DNA of 64,000 bases from Alphaproteobacteria bacterium (GTDB taxonomy: Bacteria; Pseudomonadota; Alphaproteobacteria; SP197). Of this stretch, positions 40,000 to 50,787 are shown one piece after another. Positions within the stretch are counted from its first letter, which is position 1; each line of letters begins with the position of its first letter. The stretch lies in contig OZ245842.1 of NCBI GenBank assembly GCA_965228895.1, positions 4,032,001 through 4,096,000 on the forward strand. Reading direction: 5' to 3'. Below the pieces are notes generated by a model. The model was not told the origin of the DNA, did not search any database, and saw only the letters and a program-made list of their open reading frames with translations. Position numbers and translations under genes: made by a program.

Positions 40000-41157
40000 A
40001 TGGCCCCGACCTATTCCCCACGTGAGATGATCGAACGTCTGATTGCGTTCGATACGACCAGCCGCCACTCCAATCTCGAGCTGATCGATTTTGTCGCGGA
40101 CTACCTGAAGCGTTACGACATCAGCTCGTCGCTCAGTCACGATCGTGACGGCGGCAAGGCCAACCTGTTCGCTACCATCGGTCCGGCCGGCGACGGCGGT
40201 ATCGTGCTGTCAGGCCATACCGACGTCGTGCCCGTCGACGGCCAGGACTGGACCAGCAATCCGTTTAAGGTGGTCGAGCGCGACGGCAAGCTCTACGGAC
40301 GCGGCACGTCGGACATGAAGAGCTTCATCGCCATTGTTCTGGCGCTGGTACCCGACTTTCTGGCTCAGCCGCTATCGCAGCCCATCCACTTCGCGTTTTC
40401 CTATGACGAAGAGATCGGCTGTCTGGGCGTTCATGGCCTCATCAAAGACATTCGCGCCCAAGGACTGCGGCCCCAAGCGGCGATCATCGGCGAACCCACA
40501 AGTATGGAGGTGGTCGACGCGCATAAGGGGATCGCCGGCTATCGGACCCAGTTTCGCGGTGTCGCAGCCCACTCCAGCGCGACCCATATCGGCATCAGCG
40601 CGACCCATGCGGCCGGCCGCTTCGTCACCTTTCTGGACGATCTGTTCGAGGAAATGCAAGGCCGTGCGCGGCCCGATCTCGGGTTCGTGCCGCCCTATAC
40701 GACGATCCAGGTCGGCATTGTCGACGGCGGCACCGCCAGCAACATCATTGCCCAGGACTGCCTGGTTGACTGGCACTTCCGCGCCATGCCGACGGACAGC
40801 CCGCAGGACATTACCGACCGCTCCCTGGAGTTCCTGGACCGTCAGCGTCAGCGCATGCAAGCGCACCACAGCGCCGCGGACATCACGACGGAGCAACGCG
40901 CCAGCGTACCGCCGCTGAAACCCGATGACGCCTCGCCGGCGACCAGCCTGGCGCTCGCGCTGACCGGCAGCAACGCGGTCGCCAAGGCAAGCTTCGCGAC
41001 CGAGGCCGGTATTTTTCAGGAGGACGGCATCGCCGCGGTCGTGTGCGGCCCCGGCGACATCGCCCAGGCCCATCAACCCGACGAGTTCATCAGCCTGGAC
41101 CAGGTCGAGGCCGGCACCGCCTTCGTCAAGCGTTTGATCGAAAGACTCAGGACCTAG
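40000..41157 (+). CDS. argE: Acetylornithine deacetylase
   Basis: SGHTDVVP, GRGTSDMK, DEEIGC, GEPT, AHQPDE. Confidence 0.92.
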   Translation: MAPTYSPREMIERLIAFDTTSRHSNLELIDFVADYLKRYDISSSLSHDRDGGKANLFATIGPAGDGGIVLSGHTDVVPVDGQDWTSNPFKVVERDGKLYGRGTSDMKSFIAIVLALVPDFLAQPLSQPIHFAFSYDEEIGCLGVHGLIKDIRAQGLRPQAAIIGEPTSMEVVDAHKGIAGYRTQFRGVAAHSSATHIGISATHAAGRFVTFLDDLFEEMQGRARPDLGFVPPYTTIQVGIVDGGTASNIIAQDCLVDWHFRAMPTDSPQDITDRSLEFLDRQRQRMQAHHSAADITTEQRASVPPLKPDDASPATSLALALTGSNAVAKASFATEAGIFQEDGIAAVVCGPGDIAQAHQPDEFISLDQVEAGTAFVKRLIERLRT

Positions 41158-41175
41158 TTGTAGGCGTTGCGATCT

Positions 41176-41256
41176 CGGCACCAGCCCACTCCCCCACCCG
41201 GCCACCCATGACAGCATCCTCGGGGTGGCCGGGTGGGGGAGCGGGCTGGTGATGCC
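41176..41256. repeat. Palindromic REP/MITE-like element, family A, copy 2
   Basis: 28-bp arms (41180-41207/41223-41250, one mismatch). The loop is the reverse complement of the copy-1 loop. Confidence 0.85.
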
Positions 41257-41275
41257 GGCCGGCGAGAAAGCTCCA

Positions 41276-41866
41276 TCAGACCAGAAAGACCGACATCTTG
41301 CTGCGCATCTCTTGCTCCAGGCGTTCGTCGAGTGCCCGGGTCATCGAGGCGACCATGTCGTAGAGCGTCTGTTCGCGCTGATTGAGCGTGTAGTCCTCGG
41401 GAACCGTGCGTTTGGACGCCGCACGCGCCTGGACGAAGCCTGATCGCATGGGATCGCCAACGATCTCGATCCTGACCGTCATCAGACCTTCGTAACGTTC
41501 CGACTGGTCTGTGGTGAACAACCCTTGGACACCCCTGGTCAGATCCAGCGGTGTCTCGACGAATTTGTTTTCGATGATCGAGACGCGCGCAACACCCGGA
41601 CCGCCAGCGGCGACCAGCCGATCGCTCGCCCAGTTCGACATGGCGGCCAACGGCGACACGGGGAGACTGGCGCGAATGTCGCGCTGCGGCGGCTCAACGG
41701 TGCCGGTCGCCGCACTCTCGATGACCTCGATCCGGCTGACATCCAAACGCAGGGGCGCTTTGTGCTGAAACGTGATGTCGGGATAGACCGGCAAAGACAC
41801 CGGTGTGTTACAGGCCGTCACAAGCAAACCGCCACCCAAACCGAGCAGGACCTCACGCCGTCTCAT
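41276..41866 (-). CDS. Uncharacterised lipoprotein (possible Tat signal)
   Basis: MRRREVLL...LVTAC lipobox. TGATG overlap with hslO. Confidence 0.78.
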   Translation of the reverse strand: MRRREVLLGLGGGLLVTACNTPVSLPVYPDITFQHKAPLRLDVSRIEVIESAATGTVEPPQRDIRASLPVSPLAAMSNWASDRLVAAGGPGVARVSIIENKFVETPLDLTRGVQGLFTTDQSERYEGLMTVRIEIVGDPMRSGFVQARAASKRTVPEDYTLNQREQTLYDMVASMTRALDERLEQEMRSKMSVFLV

Positions 41867-42819
41867 CAGCCACCTCGTTGTTGTTGTGCACGTTGTGTTG
41901 CGGCCGCTTCGACATCGGCCAGGGTGAACTTCTGACTGCGGTTGCAGAATTGGCAAGTGACGTCGATGACGCCGTCATCAACGAGTTCGTCGAGTTCGCT
42001 TGCGGGCATTGACTGCAGCACCGCCATGGCGCGGTCGTCCGAACAGGTGCAGCCAAATCGCACGGCGCGGCGGTCATAGACCCTGACGCCGTCCTCGTGG
42101 AACAGGCGATAGAGCAGCGTGTTGGTGTCCAAGCCGGGATCGGTCAGTTCGTCGCCGGTCGCCGTCGACAGCAGAATGACGGCCTTGCGCCAGTCATCCT
42201 CGCGGTCGGCCGAAGTGATTGCAACATCGCCGGGTCCCAGTTCCGCCAAGCGCTGCATGGTGAGGGCGCCAGCCCGCCAACCTTCATCATGGCGCGCCAC
42301 GGCGAGCTTGATCGCGGAATCGACCTGATCCGACTGCTGGAAATAGAGGTGGGCGCTGTCGGCTAGTGTGGCACCGTCCAGGCTAACAATGCCTTGATAA
42401 AGCTCCATGTCGGCGCCCTGGTCCACCGTCAGGACCAGCACGCCCGAACCCAACAGATGGGGCACCGAATTGCTCGACTCGAGCCCGGCCTTTTCCACCT
42501 CGGCGATCCTCTCGCGGTCGAAGCTGGCATAGCCGCGCATGCGCCCGTCGCTCATGAAATCCACCGCCAACAGGCGGATCGGACCGTCACCCCGGGTCTC
42601 CGCGGTCATCCGACCGTCGAACTTGAGCCCGCTTCCCAGGGCAGCAGCCAGCGCCATCAACTCGCCCAGCATGACAGAAACCGGCTCGGGATAGGCGTGC
42701 TGGGTCAGCACGCGGTTGACCGACTCGCCCAGACGCACCAGACGACCGCTCAGTCCAAGATTAACGATCTGAAACGGCTGGATCAGATCGTCGGCAGGTG
42801 TGTTCAGGTCAAGCACCAT
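41866..42819 (-). CDS. hslO: Hsp33 redox chaperone
   Basis: YQGIV, YFQQSDQ, CTCS...CQFC zinc switch. Confidence 0.94.
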   Translation of the reverse strand: MVLDLNTPADDLIQPFQIVNLGLSGRLVRLGESVNRVLTQHAYPEPVSVMLGELMALAAALGSGLKFDGRMTAETRGDGPIRLLAVDFMSDGRMRGYASFDRERIAEVEKAGLESSNSVPHLLGSGVLVLTVDQGADMELYQGIVSLDGATLADSAHLYFQQSDQVDSAIKLAVARHDEGWRAGALTMQRLAELGPGDVAITSADREDDWRKAVILLSTATGDELTDPGLDTNTLLYRLFHEDGVRVYDRRAVRFGCTCSDDRAMAVLQSMPASELDELVDDGVIDVTCQFCNRSQKFTLADVEAAATQRAQQQRGG

Positions 42820-43724
42820 TTCAGAATGGCCTTCTGCGCGTGCAGTCGGTTCTCGGCCTCATCAAAAATCACCGATTGCGGCCCGTCAGCCACCTCGCTG
42901 GTGACCTCGTTGCCTCGATAAACCGGCATGCAGTGCAGGAATATGGCATCCTTGTCGGCCATTGCCATGGTCTGCCCGTCGATACGAAACGGTTCGAGCA
43001 AATTGGTATCGATGGGGGCGGCCTCGGCGCGTTCGTCGCTCATGGATTTCCAGGTATCGGTGACCACGCAGTCCGCGCCGGTTACGGCCTCCTCGACCGT
43101 ATCGACGATGTGCACGTCGCCCTGGTGTTGTTCGGCCCACGCCAGGACGTCGCTCGCCGGACGGTACTTTTCCGGACAGGCGATGTTGAGCCGAAAGCTG
43201 AAACGCACGGCCGCATGGATCCATGACGACGCCATGTTGTTGCCGTCGCCGGCCCAGGCGATGGTCTTACCGGCGATCGGGCCGCGATGTTCCTCAACCG
43301 TTTGGATATCGGCCATGAGCTGGCAGGGATGGGTCCGGTCGGTCAGGCCGTTGATGATCGGCACCGTGCCGGCGTCGGCCAGATCCAACAGCCGCTGATG
43401 GCTTACGGTCCTGATCATGATCGCGTCGACATAGCGCGACAAGACGCCCGCCGTATCCGCAACGGTTTCGCCCCGGCCAAGCTGCATGTCGGCCGGCGAC
43501 AGGTTGATCACCTCGCCGCCCAACTGGCGCATGCCCAGGTCGAACGATACGCGGGTACGCGTCGACGGCTTCTCGAAGATGGTCGCCAGCACCCGGTGTT
43601 TCAGGATCGGCTCGCGGTCGCCGCGCTTCCATGCGGCCTTCAGCGCGTGCGCGTCATCCATGATGGCGCGCAAGGTCGCCGCATCCAGCGCGTCGAGATC
43701 CAGAAAGTGCTTGGGCGCGGTCAT
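42804..43724 (-). CDS. argF: Ornithine carbamoyltransferase
   Basis: STRTR, HPCQ, HCMP, ENRLH. Confidence 0.96.
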   Translation of the reverse strand: MTAPKHFLDLDALDAATLRAIMDDAHALKAAWKRGDREPILKHRVLATIFEKPSTRTRVSFDLGMRQLGGEVINLSPADMQLGRGETVADTAGVLSRYVDAIMIRTVSHQRLLDLADAGTVPIINGLTDRTHPCQLMADIQTVEEHRGPIAGKTIAWAGDGNNMASSWIHAAVRFSFRLNIACPEKYRPASDVLAWAEQHQGDVHIVDTVEEAVTGADCVVTDTWKSMSDERAEAAPIDTNLLEPFRIDGQTMAMADKDAIFLHCMPVYRGNEVTSEVADGPQSVIFDEAENRLHAQKAILKWCLT

Positions 43725-44893
43725 GGCTTAAGCGCGACGCACGCGTCCTCCAGCGCCGTGATCGCCTCGTCGATATGGCTGTCCTCGATCACCAGCGGCG
43801 GCAGAAACCGCATAACGTTGTCGCCCGCCGGTACGGCCAGCACATGGCGATCGCGCATGGCGGCCACCAGATCGCCCGCCGGCACCACGGCCTTGATGCC
43901 GAGCATCATGCCGAGGCCCCGGACCTCTTCCAGCACATCGGGATGCTTGGCGATGGTCTCTTCCAGGCGCTTGCGCAGGGTCTTGGCGCGTTGCTCGACG
44001 CCCGCCATGAAGCCGGGCGCTTCCATGACATCCAGCACCGCGTTGCCGACCGCGGTCGCCAGCGGATTGCCGCCGAATGTCGAACCATGGGTGCCCGGCA
44101 CCATGCCGGATGCGGCCTTCTCGGTCGCCAGGCAGGCACCGATCGGCATGCCGCCGCCAAGCGCCTTGGCGACCGCCATGATATCGGGCGCCACGCCCGA
44201 CCATTCGTAGGCGAAGAGCTTGCCCGTGCGTCCCATGCCACACTGGATCTCGTCATAGATGACCAGCAGGCCGAACTCGTCGGCCGCCGCGCGGATCGCC
44301 TTCAGGAACTCAGGATCGACCGGATAGATACCGCCCTCGCCCAGCACCGGCTCGATGATGATGGCCGCCGTCTCGCCCGTGATCGCCGCGCGCAGAGCGT
44401 TCGAGTCATGCAGCGGCACCTGATCGAAACCGTCGGCCGCCGGGCCGAAGCCTTCCAGGTGTTTGGCCTGACCGCCGGCCGCGATGGTGGCGAGCGTGCG
44501 GCCATGGAAGGCGCCGGTGAACGTGATGGTGCGGAAGCGCTCCGGCTGACCGTTGGCGAAGTGGTAACGGCGCGCGGTCTTCAGCGCGCACTCGATCGCC
44601 TCGGCGCCGGAATTGCCGAAGAAGACAGTGTCCGCGAAGCTGTCGGCGACCAGGCGCTCGGCCAGGCGTTCCTGGCCCTCAATTCGGTAGAGGTTCGACG
44701 TGTGCCACAGGCGCTCGGCCTGCCCCTTCAGCGCCTCGACCAGATGCGGATGGGCGTGACCCAGGCTGGTCACGGCAATGCCGCAGCCGAAATCGAGATA
44801 GCGCTCGCCATCGGCGGTATAGAGGTAGGGTCCTTCGCCCCGCTCGAAAACCAGGTCGGCGCGGGCGTATGTCGGCATCACGGATGCGGTCAC
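43721..44893 (-). CDS. argD: Acetylornithine aminotransferase
   Basis: [33 protein letters not shown]. Confidence 0.95.
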   Translation of the reverse strand: MTASVMPTYARADLVFERGEGPYLYTADGERYLDFGCGIAVTSLGHAHPHLVEALKGQAERLWHTSNLYRIEGQERLAERLVADSFADTVFFGNSGAEAIECALKTARRYHFANGQPERFRTITFTGAFHGRTLATIAAGGQAKHLEGFGPAADGFDQVPLHDSNALRAAITGETAAIIIEPVLGEGGIYPVDPEFLKAIRAAADEFGLLVIYDEIQCGMGRTGKLFAYEWSGVAPDIMAVAKALGGGMPIGACLATEKAASGMVPGTHGSTFGGNPLATAVGNAVLDVMEAPGFMAGVEQRAKTLRKRLEETIAKHPDVLEEVRGLGMMLGIKAVVPAGDLVAAMRDRHVLAVPAGDNVMRFLPPLVIEDSHIDEAITALEDACVALKP

Positions 44894-44933
44894 CGCAGCC
44901 TCTCCTTCATCGTTCAGCTATGGAAAAAGTGAC

Positions 44934-44960
44934 AAAACCCGGCGGATTTCCGCCGCCGGG
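44934..44960 (-). terminator. Terminator-like hairpin in the argD upstream region
   Basis: Minus strand cccggcgg-cggaaat-ccgccggg-tttt. Confidence 0.55.
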
Positions 44961-44967
44961 GCCTTGG

Positions 44968-44996
44968 CTAGTATCGCGCCCACAGGGGCCTGTCAA
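44968..44996 (-). promoter_or_regulatory. Candidate sigma70 promoter for argD-argF-hslO
   Basis: Minus strand TTGACA-N17-TACTAG. Confidence 0.6.
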
Positions 44997-45026
44997 TTGG
45001 CGGAGGCGGGCCTTTGGCGGCTTCCG

Positions 45027-45845
45027 TCACGACTTCAGGCGCCAGCCGGTGGCCAGCAGGCGATAACTGACCAGCGCCAAGACCAGATTGGTGCCGATCA
45101 GGACCAGGGCGCCGGTCAGAAGCGGGGCGTCGGCGCGGTCGATGAAACCGTAGCGAAAGCCGTCGATAGCATAAAAGAAGGGATTGGCGGCGGCGACCGC
45201 GCGCAACGCCTCCGGCAGGCGGTCGATGGAGTAGAACGTGCCCGACAGGAAGGTCAGCGGCGTTACGACGAAGTTTGTCAGGGCCGCGATCTGATCGAAC
45301 TTCTCGGCCCAGATACCGACCAAAAGGCCAATCAGCCCCATCATCATCGAGCCTGCGACGCCATAGAACAGCACCGCCCACAGATGGACCGGCATGACGT
45401 TGACGAAAAACTGCATGGCGACAAGCGTCACCAGGCCGACCACCAAGCCGCGCGTCACCGCGCCCAGGCCGAAGCCGACCAATAGCTCAAAGGCCGACAA
45501 GGGCGGCATCAGCGTATCGATGATGTTGCCCTGGACCTTGGCGATGATCAGCGACGACGACGCGTTGGCGAACGCGTTCTGCAGGATCGCCATCATGACG
45601 AGACCCGGCGCCAGGAAGAGCAGGAAGGGGATACCGTCCTTAGGCTCGACGGCGCGGTCCAGCGCCAGCGAGAAGATGGCCAGGAACAGCATACTGGTCA
45701 CCACAGGCGCCAGCAGCGTCTGGCCCGGCACTTTCATAAAGCGTCGGACCTCACGCAGGTAAAGCGTAAGTAGCCCTAGGGCAGATCGTGATTTGATGGA
45801 GTCGCTACGCGACTCCATCAAATCGGGTGAATCTGCCCTACTCAT
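45027..45845 (-). CDS. ABC-2 type transporter permease (YadH-like)
   Basis: TLYLREVRRF, PGLVMM, PLTFLSGTFYS, NPFFYAIDGFRYGF. Confidence 0.9.
   Translation of the reverse strand: MSRADSPDLMESRSDSIKSRSALGLLTLYLREVRRFMKVPGQTLLAPVVTSMLFLAIFSLALDRAVEPKDGIPFLLFLAPGLVMMAILQNAFANASSSLIIAKVQGNIIDTLMPPLSAFELLVGFGLGAVTRGLVVGLVTLVAMQFFVNVMPVHLWAVLFYGVAGSMMMGLIGLLVGIWAEKFDQIAALTNFVVTPLTFLSGTFYSIDRLPEALRAVAAANPFFYAIDGFRYGFIDRADAPLLTGALVLIGTNLVLALVSYRLLATGWRLKS
45777..45840. repeat. 64-bp palindromic element, family C, within the 5' end of the permease ORF
   Basis: tagggcagat...atctgcccta termini with a 16-bp perfect inner stem. Confidence 0.85.
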
Positions 45846-45850
45846 CGATC

Positions 45851-45914
45851 GAGAGCGGATTCACATGGTTAAGTGGAACCGTTGATCGGTTCCACTTAAC
45901 CATGATCCGCTCTA
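45851..45914. repeat. 64-bp palindromic element, family C, second copy (inverted)
   Basis: gagagcggat...atccgctcta termini with an 18-bp perfect inner stem. Confidence 0.85.
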
Positions 45915-46050
45915 GCCCTCTAACGGTCTGGGCAGCTTGGTGGTCTGCCTGATGCATCGTGGTTATCCCTGGGCCGCCTGCGCGCTTGCACAGGCCCGGC
46001 CGGCGGCCGCACCATAACGCCAACGGCCAAAGACCGGCAACCGGAGCACC

Positions 46051-47097
46051 ATGTCCCCTTTGCGTTTCGTTTTCGTGTGTGGCGCGCTGATGGTCGTCAT
46101 CGCCGGTTGCGCCCCCACCGTTGCCCCGCCGGGGCCGAAGATCGTCGAGCCGTCAATAGCCAGCGATACCCTGGTCATGGCAGACGGCAACGAACGCACC
46201 CTTCAAGCCTGGCTGCCGGACGGCGAGCCGCGCGCGGTGATTCTGGCGCTGCACGGCTTCAACGACTACGCCAACGCGTTCGCCGCGCCGGGCGCGGCAT
46301 GGGCGGCGCGCGGCATCGCAACGTTCGCCTATGACCAGCGCGGTTTTGGCCGCGACGCCGAACCGGGCATCTGGCACGGCGAAGCCATTATGATCGACGA
46401 TGCGCTTGCCGCGCTCTCGTTGCTGCGGCGCCGCTACCCCGGCACCCCCGTCTATCTTTTGGGCGAGAGCATGGGTGGCGCGGTGGCGACACTCACCGCC
46501 GCGCACAACCCGGCGCCACCCATCGACGGCCTGATCCTGGTCGCGCCCGCGGTTTGGGCGCGCAGCACCATGCCGGTCAGCTATCGTGTCGGCCTGTGGC
46601 TGGGCGCGCATCTGGCACCGTCGATGACATTGCGTGGCTCGAACCTGGAAATCTGGCCCTCCGACAACATCGAGATGCTGCGGGCGCTATCGGCCGATCC
46701 GCTGATCATCAAGGAAAGCCGGGTCGATGCGATCTACGGTCTGGTCAACCTGATGGACGCGGCGCTGCTCGGGCCGGGCGACATCGGTTTTCCGACGCTG
46801 GTGGTCTATGGCGCGAACGACCAGATCGTGCCGGCCGAGCCGGTCGGCCTGTTCGTCGCCGGCTTGCCGCCGGGCAACCGGGTCGCCGTCTACGAAGCCG
46901 GCTATCACATGCTGCTGCGTGACCTTGAGGCCCAGATCGTGCTCGACGATATCGCCGCCTGGGTCACGGCGCCCCACGCGCCCCTGCCGTCGGACGCGGA
47001 AGTCTTGGCGGCGACGTTTTTCATCGCACCGCCGGAACCACCGACCGCACCACGTTTCGTCATGGGGCCGCCCGACCCGCCACAACGCGGGTCTTAG
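46051..47097 (+). CDS. Alpha/beta hydrolase lipoprotein (lysophospholipase-like)
   Basis: IAGC lipobox, HGFND, DQRGFG, GESMGG, YHML. Confidence 0.88.
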   Translation: MSPLRFVFVCGALMVVIAGCAPTVAPPGPKIVEPSIASDTLVMADGNERTLQAWLPDGEPRAVILALHGFNDYANAFAAPGAAWAARGIATFAYDQRGFGRDAEPGIWHGEAIMIDDALAALSLLRRRYPGTPVYLLGESMGGAVATLTAAHNPAPPIDGLILVAPAVWARSTMPVSYRVGLWLGAHLAPSMTLRGSNLEIWPSDNIEMLRALSADPLIIKESRVDAIYGLVNLMDAALLGPGDIGFPTLVVYGANDQIVPAEPVGLFVAGLPPGNRVAVYEAGYHMLLRDLEAQIVLDDIAAWVTAPHAPLPSDAEVLAATFFIAPPEPPTAPRFVMGPPDPPQRGS

Positions 47098-47175
47098 AGA
47101 ACGGGCGTCGGGATTGTTTCAAACCGTGCGGAAACTCCTTTAGGATCGCGCCAACCACGCCGTAGCGGGAGCCCC

Positions 47176-50100
47176 ATGAGCGTTGCGCCTGAAGCCGGTC
47201 GCTGGCAATTCTGGATCGACCGGGGCGGCACGTTCACCGACGTTGTCGCCCAACGTCCGGACGGCGACCTGATCACCCACAAACTGCTGTCGGAGAACCC
47301 GGAGCGTTATGCCGACGCGGCCCTGCAGGGTATTCGCGACATCCTGGGTATCGACACCGGCGCTGTGATCCCGACAGACGCCATCGACGCGGTCAAGATG
47401 GGCACGACCGTCGCGACCAACGCGCTTCTGGAACGCAAGGGCGACCGGACCTTGCTTGCCATCAGCCGTGGCTTCCACGACGCCCTGCGCATCGCCTATC
47501 AAAACCGGCCCGACATCTTTGCGCGCCATATCATCCTCCCCGATTTGCTTTACGAGCGCGTGGTCGAGGTCGACGAACGGATCGACGCCCACGGCGACGT
47601 GGTCACGTCACTGGACCGTGATGCCGCGCGGTCCAGCCTGCAGCAGGCCTATGACGACGGCATTCGTGCCATCGCCATCGTCCTGATGCACGGCTATCGG
47701 CATGCCGCACACGAGAGAGAAGTGGCCGAGATCGCGCGCGACATCGGCTTCACGCAGATCTCGACATCGCACGCGACGACACCGCTGATGAAACTGGTGA
47801 GCCGCGGCGACACGACCGTGGTCGACGCCTATCTCTCGCCCATCCTGCGCCGCTATATCGACCGGGTGTCGTCGGAGCTGGGCGATACCCGCCTGCTCTT
47901 CATGCAGTCCAATGGCGGCCTGGTCGATGCCTTCCGCTTCCAGGGCAAGGACGCCATCCTGTCAGGGCCCGCGGGCGGTGTCGTTGGTGCGGTCAGAACC
48001 AGCGAAATGGCGGGGTTCGAGCGCATTATCGGCTTCGACATGGGCGGCACATCGACCGACGTCTCCCACTACAACGGCGTCTTCGAGCGCACCAGCGACA
48101 CCGAGATCGGCGGTGTTCGCATGCGCGCGCCGATGATGATGATCAAGACGGTCGCGGCCGGCGGCGGCTCGATCCTCTATTTCGACGGCCAGCGGCTGCG
48201 TGTCGGCCCCCAATCGGCCGGCGCCGATCCCGGCCCGGCGTGTTACCGGCGCGGCGGTCCGCTGGCAATCACCGACGCCAACGTGATGACCGGCAAGATC
48301 CTGCCCGACCTCTTCCCGAACGTTTTCGGGCCAGAAGGCGACCGGCCGCTCGATGCCGAGGCGGTCACAAATGCCTTCGAGACGCTGACCGCCGAGATCA
48401 ACGCCGCGTCGTCCGACACCAAGACACCGCAGGAGGTCGCCGACGGTTTTCTGATGATCGCGGTCGAGAACATGGCGCGCGCCATCAAGGAAATCTCGGT
48501 GCAGCGCGGTTACGCGATCTCTGACTACGCGCTCTGCTGTTTTGGCGGTGCCGCAGGGCAACACGCCTGCCTGGTCGCCGACGCGCTCGGCATGACGACG
48601 GTCTTCCTGCATCCTTTCGCAGGCGTTCTGTCGGCCTATGGCATGGGCCTGGCCGAACTGCGCGTCATCCATCAGGCGCCGGTCAACGACGGCCTGGACG
48701 ACGCCGTGATGCCCCATCTGGCCGAAACCATCGGCAAGCTGGAGCAGCAGGGCCGGGACGAACTGGAAAGCCAAGGCGTCGATCCCGCCGACATCACCGT
48801 CGCCGCGACGTTGCAAGTCCGTTATGACGGCACCGACAGCACGCTCGAGATCAACTATGGCGACCTAGCGACCATCAAGGAAGGCTTCGAAACGGCGCAT
48901 CGCCTGCGTTACGGTTTCGCAGCGCCCGACAAACCGCTCATCGTCGAGTCCCTTGCTGTCGAGACGATCGGCCAGGGCTCTGATGTGCGCGAGACGGTGG
49001 CGCCCAGCGCCGCGGGCGATCAGGCTGAAGCCGCGCAGCGTACGTCGATGTTCACGGCGGGCGCCGCCCACGACACCCCGGTCTTCCGGCGCGACGACCT
49101 GAAGCCCGGCCACCGCATCGCCGGTCCCGCCATCGTCGCGGAGGCCAACAGCACCACGGTGGTCGAGCCGGGCTGGACGCTTGAGGTGACAGACCACGAT
49201 CATCTTGTGATCAACCGAACGGAAGCGCGACCGGTCCAACATGCGATCGGCACCGAGGCCGACCCGATCATGTTGGAGGTTTTCAACAACCTCTTCATGT
49301 CGATCGCCGAACAGATGGGCCGGACGCTGGAGAACACCGCGTTCTCCGTCAACATGAAGGAACGGCTCGACTTTTCCTGCGCCATCTTCGACGGCGACGG
49401 CGAACTGATCGCCAACGCGCCGCACATGCCGGTGCATCTGGGTTCCATGGGCGAGACGGTGCGCGCGATCAACGCGTCACGGCGTGGCATCATGAAACCG
49501 GGCGACGTTTACGCCCACAACGCGCCCTATAACGGCGGCACCCACCTGCCCGATGTCACGATCGTGACGCCGGTGTTCGACGATGACGGGACGACCTTGC
49601 TGTTCTTCGTCGCCTCGCGCGGCCACCACGCGGACATCGGCGGCCTGACGCCAGGCTCCATGCCGCCCAACAGCCACACTGTCGAGGAAGAAGGCATTCT
49701 GTTCGACGATGTGGAGATCGTCGCCGAGGGACGCTTCCTGGAAGACGAGATCCGCCAGTTGCTGGGTTCCGGCCCCTACCCCTCCCGAAACGCCGATCAA
49801 AACATCGCCGACCTGAAAGCCCAGATCGCGTCGTGCGAAAAGGGCGTCCAGGAGCTCCATCGCATGGTCGCGCAGTTCTCATTGCCCGTGGTCCAGGCCT
49901 ATATGGGACACGTCCAGGACAACGCGGAGGAATCCGTCAGGCGCGTGATCGATGTCCTCAAGGACGGTCACTTCCGCTATCAGCTCGATAACGGCAGCGC
50001 GATCGAAGTGACGATCACGATCGACAGCCAGGCGCGCCGCGCACGTATCGACTTCGCGGGCACCTCGCCGCAACTGACCAGCAACTTCAATGCGCCCAGC

Positions 50101-50787
50101 GCGGTCGCCATGGCGGCCGTGCTCTATGTCTTCCGCAGCCTGGTCGATGACGACATACCGCTCAACGCCGGCTGTCTGAAGCCGATCGATATCGTGATCC
50201 CGCCGCATTCCATGCTGTCACCGGAGTATCCGGCGGCCGTCGTCGCCGGCAATGTCGAGACGTCGCAATGCATTGTCGACACGCTCTATGGCGCGCTCGG
50301 CGCCATGGCGGGGTCTCAGGGCACCATGAACAACCTGACCTTCGGCAACGCGCGCTACCAATACTACGAGACGATCTGCGGCGGGTCGGGCGCAGGCCCG
50401 GACTTCGACGGCACCGATGCCGTCCATACGCACATGACGAACTCCCGACTGACCGATCCGGAAGTGCTGGAATGGCGATTCCCCGTCCTGTTGGACGACT
50501 TCGCCATACGCCACGGCAGCGGCGGCGCCGGCGCGCACAAGGGCGGCGACGGCGTCAGACGGCGGCTGATCTTCCGCGAGGCCATGACGGCAGCGATCTT
50601 GTCGAACCACCGCCGCATCGCGCCGTTCGGCTTTGCCGGCGGGACCGACGCGTCAACCGGCCTCAATCGGGTCGAACGGGCCGACGGCAGTGTCGAACCG
50701 TTGGATGGCGCCGATCAGGCGGAGTTGGAACCTGGCGACGCGCTGGTGATCGAAACGCCCGGCGGCGGCGGTTACGGGGCGCCATGA
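47176..50787 (+). CDS. 5-oxoprolinase (fused hydantoinase A/B)
   Basis: [44 protein letters not shown]. Confidence 0.93.
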   Translation: MSVAPEAGRWQFWIDRGGTFTDVVAQRPDGDLITHKLLSENPERYADAALQGIRDILGIDTGAVIPTDAIDAVKMGTTVATNALLERKGDRTLLAISRGFHDALRIAYQNRPDIFARHIILPDLLYERVVEVDERIDAHGDVVTSLDRDAARSSLQQAYDDGIRAIAIVLMHGYRHAAHEREVAEIARDIGFTQISTSHATTPLMKLVSRGDTTVVDAYLSPILRRYIDRVSSELGDTRLLFMQSNGGLVDAFRFQGKDAILSGPAGGVVGAVRTSEMAGFERIIGFDMGGTSTDVSHYNGVFERTSDTEIGGVRMRAPMMMIKTVAAGGGSILYFDGQRLRVGPQSAGADPGPACYRRGGPLAITDANVMTGKILPDLFPNVFGPEGDRPLDAEAVTNAFETLTAEINAASSDTKTPQEVADGFLMIAVENMARAIKEISVQRGYAISDYALCCFGGAAGQHACLVADALGMTTVFLHPFAGVLSAYGMGLAELRVIHQAPVNDGLDDAVMPHLAETIGKLEQQGRDELESQGVDPADITVAATLQVRYDGTDSTLEINYGDLATIKEGFETAHRLRYGFAAPDKPLIVESLAVETIGQGSDVRETVAPSAAGDQAEAAQRTSMFTAGAAHDTPVFRRDDLKPGHRIAGPAIVAEANSTTVVEPGWTLEVTDHDHLVINRTEARPVQHAIGTEADPIMLEVFNNLFMSIAEQMGRTLENTAFSVNMKERLDFSCAIFDGDGELIANAPHMPVHLGSMGETVRAINASRRGIMKPGDVYAHNAPYNGGTHLPDVTIVTPVFDDDGTTLLFFVASRGHHADIGGLTPGSMPPNSHTVEEEGILFDDVEIVAEGRFLEDEIRQLLGSGPYPSRNADQNIADLKAQIASCEKGVQELHRMVAQFSLPVVQAYMGHVQDNAEESVRRVIDVLKDGHFRYQLDNGSAIEVTITIDSQARRARIDFAGTSPQLTSNFNAPSAVAMAAVLYVFRSLVDDDIPLNAGCLKPIDIVIPPHSMLSPEYPAAVVAGNVETSQCIVDTLYGALGAMAGSQGTMNNLTFGNARYQYYETICGGSGAGPDFDGTDAVHTHMTNSRLTDPEVLEWRFPVLLDDFAIRHGSGGAGAHKGGDGVRRRLIFREAMTAAILSNHRRIAPFGFAGGTDASTGLNRVERADGSVEPLDGADQAELEPGDALVIETPGGGGYGAP

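Noticed and set aside
45777-45914. CRISPR mini-array
   Set aside because: The units are inverted palindromes, not direct repeats with spacers; no cas genes.
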